Source of the DNA: Macrostomum lignano
Lineage: Eukaryota
Assembly (NCBI GenBank): GCA_002269645.1
Contig: NIVC01004097.1
Coordinates: forward strand, 1-28,510
DNA: 28,510 nucleotides
Direction: 5' to 3'
The translations under genes were made by a program, and so were the position numbers. Positions within the stretch are counted from its first letter, which is position 1. The number at the start of each line of letters is the position of its first letter. The notes under the pieces are model-generated. The model saw only the letters and a program-made list of their open reading frames with translations, was not told where the DNA came from and searched no databases. Below, piece by piece: positions 1-11,800 of this stretch.

Positions 1-3000
1 CGCAGGTCTCGAAGTCCGCCCTCGCCCCCTCCACCGTCGGCTTCGGCGTCGAAGATGTCCAGCTCTTGGTCGAAGCGAGTCCGCAGGAACCGCTGCACTC
101 GTTTCCGCTGCCACCAGCGACTCCGCTGCGCGCCGCTCCGCTTCGAAGCCCTGCGTCACCGAAGCCGACTCTGCTGCAGCCAGAGATGCTGCTTCCAGCG
201 CTGCCGCGTTGGCCTTCATGGCATCTTGGACGGCCGAGCGAAGCCGGTCAGCGCCTCCTCGCTGATGGTCGATTTTGCGGCAAAGGATGCGAAATCGCGT
301 CCGATGCGCACCCTCGTCGCTGACTTCCACGTCTCCTGTCATCTTCAGCTGGTCCAGGTGCTTCTTAATGTCCTCGTTGGTCAGCGCCTTATCGATCTGG
401 CAGAAGCCCATCTTCTCGGACACGTCGCGCGGCGGCCCAGAGACGAAGCCGTGCGTCAACTCGGACACATCGCCGAACAGAGCGCTCGTTCGGACTTGAA
501 AGTCTTGAAGCAAGTCTTGGTTAACGAAAATGCTGACGTGGCAGGCGTCCTTGCTGTCGATCGGGTCCGAGATTTCACGGCGAATTGGAACTCTGCGGCG
601 GCTGCGATGGGGATGCTCTGGGTCTTCGTCTGCCGCCATCGGCCTGGCGTAGCTGCAGGTCAGCGTGCTGCGGATGGGGAAAAGCAACTGACTGCAAGCC
701 TGCATAATTTGCAACAAAGTTAATTCGCACCGGCTGCTTACTATTGATTCGGATTTTTGCTGCTGAAGAGCAGCAGAACTCCCGCTGACTGCTCGAGCTG
801 CTCCTGCAGCTGCGCCAGCTGAGGATTGTCAAAGAATTTTGCCGAAATTTTCCCAATCCCAGCGCTGAAGGAAGAGCGGCTCGCGCTCTGCACTGAGAAG
901 CCGCACAGGGGAGTCTGCTTCAGCGGCTGCCGGCTCAGAAAGGCGCCGCCTCGGTTTAGCAGGGGTAGCCTGGAATAGGAAGGCTTGGGATGGTCAAGTC
1001 ACTGCACCCACTGACACCCAGCCCTGCTCCACTACACCCAGCCCTGCTCCACTTACACCCAGCCCTGCTCCACTTACACCCAGCCCTGCTCCACTTACAC
1101 CCAGCCCTGCTCCACTTACACCCAGCCCTGCTCCACTTACACCCAGCCCTGCTCCACTTACACCCAGCCCTGCTCCACTTACACCCAGCCCTGCTCCACT
1201 TACACCCAGCCCTGCTCCACTTACACCCAGCCCTGCTCCACTTACACCCAGCCCTGCTCCACTTACACCCAGACCTGCTCCACTTACACCCAGCCCTGCT
1301 CCACTTACACCCAGCCCTGCTCCACTTACACCCAGACCCTGCTCCACTTACACCCAGCCCTGCTCCACTTACACCCAGCCCTGCTCCACTTTGGCTGCAG
1401 CGCATAGGCCTGCTTCGGTTTTCTGCAGCACCGCGGGCTCCTGGAGCTGATCCCCTTCTTGGTATTCGGACTGCAGCATCTCCAGGTCCATCTGTGCCTC
1501 ATCAAACACGGCGCCTTTGGACTTTTTGACCTTCTTAGTCTGCTTTTTCTTTGTAATTAAGTTCAATTTCGAGGCGGTCTTCAGCTGCACTGGCGCCTCT
1601 CGACTGACAACAGGAATGGCGGCGGCGGGCTGCTGCAGGACCAGGCGCGGCTTGGGGGCGGTCCTCTTCCTGAGCACTGGGTTCTCCTATGAGTAGTGGA
1701 TGTGGGATTTCAGTTGCAATCTTTCTCAGTGCTTATCAGTTGGCTCAAGAACTCACGTACTCAAGAACTCACCCGAGACACGAAGTTGGTCAGACAGGCG
1801 GTCACGTGGGCGACGGCGCTGTCAAAATCGTTTTCCACGGCGATCACAACCTGATCCGGCTGGCCGGTGAAGAACTGCGTGTTGTAGGCCTGCGCGCGGG
1901 GTTGCGAAGGGGCTGTGAAATTTCATGCACTTTTGATGCTGCAGACAGACAGCAGAACTGATGCTGAAATCCCGCTGATCTGGCCTATTTCGGGCTCTCC
2001 AAGGGGACAAACAAAGAAGCGGGGGATTTAAATGAGCTTGCAACCTTTCAAATGGAGACGGTGACAGAGTAAGCTCACGTGAAATCCCAATTCTTTCATG
2101 TTTATCCGCTCTGGGATTCATATGTTGGGCATCCTTGTTAAAATAATGAAACGTTTTTTTTCAAGCCATTTTTTGGAGTTGATAAAACGCAGGATTACGC
2201 TCACCGACAGGCACAGCTCAACCGCAGCCACTTTGAGCAGCCCGCCGGCCTCCATAAATTGCGAGTCCGCTGCCGTTCCCCGCACAGCCGGCCTGAGGCG
2301 GCACTCCTTCACGGTGCGCAGCGGGCTGTACTGCAGGTCCGGCGGCGTCAGGAACAGCAGGCTGGACACTGACAGAGCGGCGGACAGATCCGGCTGCAGC
2401 TCGGCCGGGCTGTCCGGAATGCCGGACAGCAGATCGCTGCGAACTGTCGATTTGGAGCCGAATGTGTTGAGCAGCAGATGGACGGAGTTAGCAGTGAGTC
2501 CGGGGCACTGGCGGATGTCCGCATCCACCGTCAGGGTCTGCAACTCAAAGCAATTGAAGGCAGCTGGTTTCTTTGCCATTCCGTGACTGATGCCTGCACC
2601 CATCGCTCTCACCTTAGCCACTGCTCACTCACTGCTGCCTGCACCCATCGCTCTCACCTTAGCCACTGCTCACTGACTGATGCCTGCACCCATCGCTCTC
2701 ACCTTAGCCACTGCTCACTGACTGATGCCTGCACCCATCGCTCTCACCTTAGCCACTGCTCACTGACTGATGCCTGCACCCATCGCTCTCACCTTAGCCT
2801 CTGCTCACTGACTGATGCCTGCACCCATCGCTCTCACCTTAGCCACTACTCACTGACTGATGCCTGCACCCATCGCTCTCACCTTAGCCCGATTCGCATC
2901 TCCGCCCTTGAGAGCCTCGCAGAGCCAGCGAATTCCCTCGTCTGTGATGTGACTTTCGCCCCTGAACGATAGGCGAAAGCGATCGGCTGCAGCCTTCTCG

Positions 3001-3650
3001 GCCTTCATAGCCTGCAATGAATTGGGGTTACAGCAACAGCTAAGAATTGTTTGCTGAATTTTGCATAAGTTTTGCTTGTCAAATTTAAAATATTTATGAG
3101 AATCTGCCTACCAGCGCCGCAGAAAGGTGCTTGAGGGTGAGGTCGGTCAGCAGGCTGGACCAAACCGGCATTATTTCGCTCCTCGGAGCGGCTCCGTCCG
3201 AGCTGAAAAACACCGTGGAGTCTTCGACCGCAATGTTTTCTAACTTTCTCTGCAAAGTTTAAGTGTTTCAAGAGAGAAATTTAACAAATATTTTGTACAT
3301 TTGGGGAACTCCAAGAAAATTCTGGATCGTAGCGTTCTCGGGGCGATCATCCATCTTACCGCCAGCAAGCCGTCTCTCAGTCTGAACCGTTCGAACACGT
3401 CAGCCACGACCTCCGACTTGGCGGCCTTTCGCAGCGGCTCAACCGACCCGGTTGGCGATTCAAACCTGGGCGAACGCTGCGGCGAAGCCTCCACTGAACG
3501 CAGCTCCTGCTCATTCAAAATGTCGTCATCATCGCTCCCAAACAGGCCGCCATATTTATCCTCAACTCCGAAAGATGACATGCTGTAGGCTGGGCTCCCC
3601 GCTCTGTCGCTTGGCAATCGTTTTAATGGCCTGCGGGGTTGTGATACTTT

Positions 3651-3705
<55 letters not shown>

Positions 3706-3842
3706 AGTGGCGGTGGCGGCTGCTGCTTCTGTTGCTGCTGAATCTCAGGCAGCGGTGGAGGCTTCTGTAGCAGCTGCGGCGGAGCCTGCTTTGATACCTG
3801 ACTCCTGGCAGGCGCCTTTTTGGAAAGGAAATTTTTATCCAT
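1..3842 (-). CDS. Spliced gene of at least 8 exons, 3'-partial: uncharacterised protein with an N-terminal polyQ/Pro region and 2-3 Cys-containing-LRR-like motifs
   Basis: Manual exon chain with GT-AG sites and matching phases: 3842-3360 (MDKNF..RDGLLA), 3249-3112 (RKLENI..LTDLTLKHLSAAL), 3011-2883 (AMKAE..HITDEGIRWLCEALKGGDANRAK), 2537-2205 (TLTVDADIRQCPGLTANSVHLLL..ELCLS), 1889-1773 (AYNTQFF..NFVSR), 1686-1373 (ENPVLRK..GWV), 969-742, 691-1. The chain is stop-free. ITDEGIRWLC and DIRQCPGLT resemble FBXL/AMN1-type LRRs. The exon 6 donor and the exon 7/8 frames are less certain. Confidence 0.75.
1015..1389. repeat. 21 bp minisatellite (CCAGCCCTGCTCCACTTACAC), about 18 copies, intronic
   Basis: Tandem units read directly. 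The minus strand of each unit contains GT|GTAAGT. It explains the GVSGAGL and HPALLHL pseudo-ORFs. Confidence 0.97.
2585..2889. repeat. 45 bp minisatellite, about 6.8 copies, spanning an exon/intron junction
   Basis: Unit GACTGATGCCTGCACCCATCGCTCTCACCTTAGCCACTGCTCACT; gives the 15-aa periodicity in the + ORF 2478-2972. Confidence 0.97.
3651..3704 (-). repeat. Coding (CAG)17-CAA polyglutamine tract
   Basis: 18 consecutive Gln codons in exon 1 of the left gene. Confidence 0.95.
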
Positions 3843-5114
3843 TCGGTGGACTTCAGAAATTAACGAAGTGACCCTGAAAAAGCATCAGCATCAGAAGCTT
3901 CATGCGTGCATTGTAAAAGTTTATATATTATGATAAAGCTGCGACAAGAAACCAGAGTGTATTTATAATCCAAAAATGCAGATGAGCAATTCTTTCTAAA
4001 AAATATTGGTGACTGAAAGTTACTAAATAAGTTTTGTTAGCATCTAAATCAGTGCGTGAAATCTAATGAAGTAAATCTCAGAACAAACATAATTTCAGCA
4101 GCTTTTCATTTTGCACTCCCTGCTACTTAAAAGGAAATTGCCAGCGCTATATAGTCTAAAACTATTTCTTTTATGCATCCTAATCAATAATCAAAACAAA
4201 TTTCTCATGTGCCTGTGTAACAAATTTAATACTGATGAGTGATGTTACTATTCCGAAAATTAAATCGAAAATTTATAAAATCTCTGTATTGCATGCATAT
4301 TAAATGTTTCGAGTGAGTTATGAGTCACAATATGTTGGTCTAATCGAAACTACGTTTAGAAAATTTTAGCCTTTGTCCGTCCAAAGCAAGCAAAAAATCT
4401 TGTGCAGTAAAATTTGAATATGAAAATTTTGCGGCACAGAAATTTGTATTAGCAGCACATTTAAGTGATTGTAGTAAATAAAACCAAATATCAGATGTCA
4501 AAAGCTAATAGACCGCGTAGTATTTATTTATTTAATCGCCGTTTATCTGGCAACCTCTGTAGTGCCTTTAAAAACCGGATTGTATGAATTATGCCTTATC
4601 GAACGCGTGCTCAATTCATACTTGAACTTCAGTTTAAATTAGGTTTGGCTTGTTTACACTGTCAACATAATTTGAGCACATATTTAGCAATAATAAGTGT
4701 TATTTTAAGGTATATTTTTTAAAAATATAATCAATCTTAGGTAGTTCTGCAACTTAGTTATTGTGCGTAAGCGACTTTGTTTTTTTTCTTGACACGACGC
4801 AAAAATCTGTTATTCCGTAAATTCCGGTAAATTTAGTGTACGTACAGGTTATATAGATTCTCCAGATTCATATCTGTTATAGCAAGTTATAGCAAAACTG
4901 TTATAGCAAAATAAGATTTAGTTCATTGGGATAAAATTTTATTTAACATTTTTTAATTCTGCTAAAATTGATCACATATTATTCCAATTCGCATATTGCT
5001 ACCTAGCGTGTAGCGTTCTTAACTTCAGATTTAATTAGGCCTACCCCTAATCTAAATAACTTTTACCTGTGAAGCAGCAATTAAGGCAGAAGAAAAAAGA
5101 ACAACTTTCTTAGC
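3843..5114. promoter_or_regulatory. AT-rich head-to-head intergenic region, putative bidirectional promoter
   Basis: Lies between the divergent ATGs at 3842 (-) and 5115 (+). Function is inferred from position only. Confidence 0.45.
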
Positions 5115-5140
5115 ATGATTTCCGATTTTGTCATTGCAGT
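5115..5140 (+). CDS. SMIM7: SMIM7 (small integral membrane protein 7) exon 1, MISDFVIAV
   Basis: ATGATTTCCGATTTTGTCATTGCAGT|GTAAGT. Phase 2 joins the exon at 15088. Resembles the SMIM7 N-terminus (MIGDILLFG). Confidence 0.85.
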
Positions 5141-5721
5141 GTAAGTAGAAATTATCTCAGCTAGGCCTAGTTTTATTGTATTTTAGAATAAAATAAGCTT
5201 AATAAAAATAATGTCAATAGCTTCAATAAATGACCTTTTTGTGTTGCAACAAAACTTGCATTACAACATTTTGGTCTTTTGTATGCCAACAGCTATGGCC
5301 TATGCCATAAGCCAGCTCTGCCTCAATTATCTAGCAAACTGTTCTATACATTAGATACTTTATGTTGTCCATTTTTTACTTTTCAGGTCCATTGTAGGCT
5401 CTATATTAGAATTTTAGGCAATTGTCAAGTTCCATTCATTAAATTATTTTAATATTTTGACTTTGTCTATGGTCAAATTGGCAACAAACAGCAAAAGCTT
5501 TATGCACTATAGTAGGCCTAGAGGGAAATCTATAAATAGGATATTCCCAAATGGTTTCATTAGGTTTAGTTGATACTTGATACAACAATTCCTCTAAGTT
5601 TCAAATAGGGTTTGTAAAGCCCTTGCAAAGCATGGCAGCATAGCCTTGCTAAATTTATGACTTTTTGTTATTTGTTATTTGTCAACTTGTTAAAGATCAT
5701 TGATGTTTTGACTTGACCATA

Positions 5722-7871
5722 AACCTTTAGGTCATCGCAAGTGGTTGAATTGAAGACACTCCTGAGCATGTGTGTTGCATGCTAGGCCTGAGTCTTCCTG
5801 TCAGAGACAATGGTGTCAGGGCTCAAGACAAGGGAGCCAAGGTAGCGGAAGTCCTTGCACACCTTGACAACTTCTCCATTTAGAAAAGCTAGTGCAGGGA
5901 TAATTGCAATGCCCACGTGGAGTACCTCAGTCTTAGATACATTGATCACCAAGCCAACTTAGGTGCCCTCTTGTAGAGTCTAAACAAAGCCCATTGGGCA
6001 GCAGCTGGATTGCAGCATAGAAGAGCAATGTCATCAGCATAGGCAAGAGCAAGCAGTAAGATAACAGGATATCAGGAGCTTTGGCATGAGATTAGCACAT
6101 AGCCATCATCTTCATGCAGGCATTGGCGAAGAACATAGTCTACCACAACAATGAATAGTAGTGGAGCCAGTGTGTCACCCTGAAGGATGCCAGAAGTTGT
6201 GCTAAATTCTTTAATGGGGCCATTGCTCAACTGAACAAATGCTCTTGAATTACTGTACAAGTCCATCATAGCAGCTACAGGTTCAGAAGGAATGCCATAG
6301 TAGGACAGAATCCATAGAAGTGTAGGTCTGTCAACTAAGTTGAATGCTTTGTGGAAGTTGACAAAATCAATTGAGATGAAACACTGGTGCATCTTATAGG
6401 CTTCAATGATGCAGTGGATGGTTGCAACCTGCTCAGTTATAGACTTGCCTGGTCTGAAACCACTTTGCCAGCTAAGAAGCAGCAGATTTAGCCTAGGCAG
6501 AAGGCAGTTGCGCAGCACTGCATTAAGTAGCTGGGCCGCAGTATATTCTAGTGCTATGCTATGCTTATTGTCCAGGCTAGTAGAGGTGCCCTTCTTTGGA
6601 ATAGAAACTATCTTCAAAATGTGCCACAGAGCAGGGGCGTGGGCTTTGGCGTTGCCTCCAAGAACACAGTGCTTGTTAAGCAAGCTGGTAATTGCTAGAG
6701 TCAGTTCTGAAAGCTTTAAGACCCTTGGGGGTAGAGGTCGGATGGGATTGAAATCTTCGGGCGGGATCGGGATCAGGAATAATTTTTTTCTCGGGATTGG
6801 GATCGGGATTCGGGAATCGGGATCAGGTCTTTTAGTGTATTGTCCATGTAAAGTTAAACAAAATTGAGAAAAGATTGTCAAGATCAAGAAGTAAAAACAC
6901 AACGAAATTGATATGAAGTTTTGTAACCAACAAAGTAAATAATGTAACAAGTACAAGTTAAAGCAAAATACCTTCAAGTAATCACTAATTCTATAAATTA
7001 TTAATCGAAAGACCTGTTCCCAAATCTCGAGTTTTTCAGGGTCGGGATTCTGGTCCCGCGGGAATTCAATTTTCCTCGGGATCCCGAGATTTCGGGATTG
7101 GGATCGGGATCCCGTCCGACCTCTACTTGGGGGTATCAAGTCAACACTGGCAGCAGCATTTGCTTGCATGGTCTTTAGAGCTTGGCTGACCTTGTCTACC
7201 ATAATAGGACTAGTGTTGAAGGCACTGGTGTCTGCTGGTCTAAAGTTTGGTATTGAAAGCAGTGGTAGTGATGAGGCAAGGGCATTGAGCATATTGTGGT
7301 AATAGTTAGCCAATAGGGCCTTTTGGTGCTCAATGGAGTCTGCTCCAACAACTATGCTGGGCCTTGGCTTTCGTCTCGTAAGCCTTTTCTGCAAAAGGCC
7401 ATTGAGCCAATTCTCCTATATGGCATAGAGGCTGTGCCAATGACTGCGATGCGACAGCAAGCCCTGGATGCCCACTATGGGTCACTGCTCTGCTATGCCC
7501 TAGGCATGCACTACCCTGATACTGTGCCAACCAGGGACCTGATGACTCGCGCTGGTGTTCCCCTGCTCAGCTGCACTATCCATAAATGCTGTTAGATGTT
7601 ACTTGGCCACTGCCTAAGAAGCCATGGCTGCAGCAAGCTAAATCCTTTGGCACTGGCTCTCCTGCATCAGCCCACTGAGCGCCTGCGCTGTGGCCAAGGC
7701 CAAACTGTGACGCTAAATGATATGTTTCTGACTGACTCGCAGGCCACTAGGCTTAGTCCCCAGTCTGCCATGACTTGCCTCTCTTGGTTGTTCTGCAAAC
7801 GTGTTGGCACAAAGTCTAGCTAGATCTCTTTTTGTCTGTGTTACTCTGCGTTGCAGATCTGCGTTGCAGAT
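5722..7871 (-). mobile_element. Degenerate RTE-like non-LTR retrotransposon. RT segment on - (about 7380 to 5722); C-terminal segment on + (about 7378-7871)
   Basis: RT motifs IVSIPKKG, QSGFRPGKS, DFVNFHKAF, GILQGDTLAPLLF and (frameshifted) YADDIALL on -. EPILLYGIEA and MLLGHCLR on +. Tandem CTGCGTTGCAGAT x2 (7846-7871) is a possible tail. No TSD found. Confidence 0.9.
6732..7125. mobile_element. hAT-type MITE (394 bp) inserted in the LINE RT
   Basis: 17 bp TIRs TAGAGGTCGGATGGGAT / ATCCCGTCCGACCTCTA (16/17 match). Perfect 8 bp TSD CTTGGGGG (6724-6731, 7126-7133). Many subterminal GGGAT(C/T) motifs. Confidence 0.95.
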
Positions 7872-8273
7872 AGACATTTATTTATAGACCTTTATTCAAG
7901 TCAAAAAATGTTCAAATGTTCTAGCCATAGACTATTGCAGCTTTCTGGTGTCAGATACATTATAACAAGTTTTGAAGCATCAAATTAGTGCTTAATCAGG
8001 CTTAAGTCTCTTAAAAGTATTTGTTTGTATTTAAAAAAGTTTGCAGATTACTTTTCTGTAGTCAAAATAAGTTAACAAATAAAACTTGACAATTGCCCTT
8101 AATATATATAAGATTCAAGAATGGGGAGCTCTATTAACTATTGTTTTAGTTTGTTGATAATTTTCTTCTTTTTGTTAATATTTTAGTTTATTTAAAGCAC
8201 TTAGGTAATTGTAACTTTAGGATATTTTACTCTTGACATTGTTTTTTGAGAGAATTCCTATCTACAACAAGGT

Positions 8274-8448
8274 TGTAATGAACGCGCAACCGAGAGAAAC
8301 TTGTATTATTCAAGAGTGCCAAAAAGCATATTATATAGAGGGGCGAGAGGGGCTGAGCAATTGATAGCAACGTACATGATTGGGGGATGGGGCAGCTGGG
8401 GCGCAGATGTGCGTACAATAAATTATAGTTACAAGTGCATCACTGACA
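8274..8448 (-). repeat. Gypsy 3' LTR (175 bp)
   Basis: Direct repeat of 14350-14520, differing by 4 substitutions and 4 indel bases. Confidence 0.95.
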
Positions 8449-8817
8449 TCTCTCTTCTAATAGCAAAAATTAAGAGGAATTAAAATCAATTGTTTGAAGA
8501 ATTATCACTAATCACTCCTTTCTAATAGCAAAAAAATGAGAGGAAATAAAATCAATTTCTCAAAGGAATTATCGCTTCCAAAACATTTCATTATTTGCAC
8601 ATTAGGCATGTGCGAGAACTCAAAAAAATATTTCTATTAAAACAAATGCAAAAAATTAATTTTTTCAATATTTTTAGACAAAAAAATCAACAACAAAATT
8701 CGATTTAGATAAGGAATAAAAATATTTGGAATATTTTCTCAGCAACAAAATCAGTGGATTAATTGAAAATCCGTGTTACAGTCCTTGAAAACAAACAAAA
8801 GTCACTGTCCCTATCAC

Positions 8818-11800
8818 TCACACGTCATGTCTGTAGCAGAGAGGCGGAATGCCCTTTGTGGCCCTGGCAGAGCGGTGCAGTGGCTCTTCAGGCTCCGCAA
8901 GATCTGATGCCGCCAACTCATTGCCGGCTGGAGCCGCCTGGGCCGCCCGCTGGATGTCTTCGGCTTTAGCAGTGGACTGCTGCGGCGGCATTGGTCGCAG
9001 GTCTTGGCGATTGCGAATCAGCTCCCTGCCGCTTTGAGTCAGCAGTCGATAGTTGCTGTGCTCCGGGTCAGCTTGCGTCACAACAGCTGGCTCCCATCTG
9101 AAACCATGCCAAAAACAAACTGCATCTCCCTGATTCAGTGTTGAGAGTGGTCAGGCTTGCTGGTCGTAGTGCCGTTTTTGAGCAGCCTGCAGCGGGGCTT
9201 TAGAGAATCCGGTTGTTCTGTCTTTGAGCAGCGCCTCCTCACCTGCTGGCAGCTTCGTACGAATCAACCGACCAAACATGAGCTCGCTGGGGCTGGTGCT
9301 CGTACCGCTAATTGGTGAAGCTCGATATTCCATTAGCGCAATTTCAGGCTGATCAGCTTTCCTCAGGATGCTCTTTGCCACTTTGACTGCCTTTTCAGCC
9401 ATCCCGTTGGACTGTGGATATCCGGGTGACAAGTGCGTGTGCATGAAACCAAACTGTTCAGCAAACTCTTGAAACTTAAATGAGCTGAATGGGGGCCCAT
9501 TGTCACTGACCAGCTCTTCGACAATACCGAACCTGGCGAACATCAACTTAATTCGAGCAATCACTAGGTCAGCTCCAGACTGTTGACCTAACTTTGCCAG
9601 TTCGATCCATTTGCTATAATAACAGGTAACGACTAGCCACTTGTCACCATTGAAGTCCAGCAGATCACAACCAACCTTGGTCCATGGTGCATTCGGAATC
9701 TTATGGTTCAACAGCGGTTCCTTTGGGTTGGCCAGCTGAAAAGTTTGACAAGTGCTGCAGTTCTTCACGAAGATCTTAATGTCCGCTGACATGCCTGGCC
9801 AGTATAGAATTTGACGAGCTCGGGCCTCCGTCTTGCCCGCGCCAGCATGACCTTTGTGTAAAATTTGCAGAATCTTCTGCCGCAACGATGCTGGAACAAT
9901 AATGCGGTCCAACTTCATCAACACGCCATCATTGTAGGTCAAGTCCTCCTTGAAGCTCCAATACGGACAGACAGAGTGGCAAATGTTCCGAAAGTTGCTT
10001 GGCCAACCCATCAGAACAAACCGGGCTACAGAACTTAAGTCCGAATCTTTGCGGGTCTCGTCTCGGATTTGTTGCAAACAAATGGTGGAAATCGGGAGGC
10101 TCTTGCTCATTTGATGCACCTCCACTTCAATTTTGTCGTCTAGAGCAGCCTCGGCCTCCAGAAGGTAAGCTCTTGAAAGCGTATCGGCAATCAGCATCTT
10201 GGATCTGGGTGCCCAGGATACACGCAGATTATATCTTTTGAGTTGGTACAGCATTCGAGCAATGCGTGGCGGAACATGCAGCAAGTCACGCTTAAAAATA
10301 ACCTCCAGGGGCTTGTGGTCTGTAGTCACTCGTACTACTGGGAGGCCATAGATGTAGTCATGAAATTTCTTGCAAGCAATAACAACGGCCAGAGTTTCCT
10401 TCTCAATCTGAGCATAGTTTTTTTGCGTGTTGTTCAGCGCAGCCAATCCATACGCCACAGGCTATCCATTCTGCAGCAAAACGCAACCAACTCCGACCGA
10501 TGAACTGTCAACTTGAAGCTCAACTTCCATATCGGTGTCAAACAACCTTAGCACAGGAGCGTCCGACAGAACATCTTTTAGCTTCTCAAAAGCTTGCTGC
10601 TGCTTCTCTTGCCAGTCAAAAAGAACCTCCTTCTTGAGCAGTGAAGTGAAGCGAAAGCGCCGTTAGCAAGAGGATGGGAGAAATCAGCCGACACGCGCGT
10701 GATGCGTGAACAAGCATCCAGCCTTGGCAGCAACTCCCCAGATGCACAAGATCTGCATGCCTAAAAATAGTCCTGATGATCGGCGAGCAAGAAGCCCAGC
10801 CATGCGACCCTCGCGTGATGCATGCACAACCTCTGATCGACACTGCCTATTGGGCCTCGAAATCCCACTCTCTCCCCCTACTGCTCCTATTCCTCATTGC
10901 TCGCGTACAGTGTGCTAGCTTATAAAATATACTGATTGAAGAGGAAAGATCCTCGCCTGAAGTTTAAGAATGTGACTCTAGAGATCACACAGAGAAAGTT
11001 ACCATCGAGGTCCATTGTTCGTTGTCTTCCTGAACTATTGGCAGAAGGAAACGATTATAATATGGGAAAACCCAAATAAATTTTTCGTTTCAATTGGTTC
11101 CACTGACCGCGTGAGTCGCCGCTAGACAGAAGTCTCAGACACCATGCAGTTATCGCTCTGCTGCATGTCTTCAACAGCCATTTGAATGAATCGAGAACTG
11201 AGACTTTCCTGCCTTCAGTAAAGGAAAACTTCGAACTAAACAAGACCAATGGACGAAGATCAAGAAGCGACGCAGTTTACCATTCCAAGAAGAAACTCTC
11301 GTTGAGAGATCTACACAATCAATTTGGTCAAGACGGTATTTTTTGACGTCCTATTTAACTGCAATGTACCTTCAGCCAGCATCCCAATCTGACTGTCTAC
11401 CAGACGCTGTTTCAATTTGTCGAGTCTCCGTGTCCAGTCCTATTTGCGTCACTGTTTAGGGCATCAAAAAGCCCATTCAATTTGTCGAGTTTCCGAGTTC
11501 ACGTCAATCCCCCTCTCAGATCTGATTAAATAGTCAAGAGGATATGCTGGTACAATTCATCCACTGTTGTCACAAGTTCACTTTGCCCCTTGACCAAGTT
11601 TCGTGTTTCAACAACATCAACTCAACTGCAAGTTACCAAGTGGGACTGCGAATCGCAAGCAAATGCACAACTGTACGCCATGTCATCATTGCTCCAAGCT
11701 TATTTTCAACAGAGCTCGGAGGGCCTCGCTTCCCTGAAAAAAGAGTGAAGCGAAAGCGCCGTTAGCAAGAGGATGGGAGAAATCAGCCGACACGCGCGTG

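Noticed and set aside
55-723. 222 aa plus-strand ORF
   Set aside because: Antisense shadow of the GC-rich minus-strand exon 691-1.
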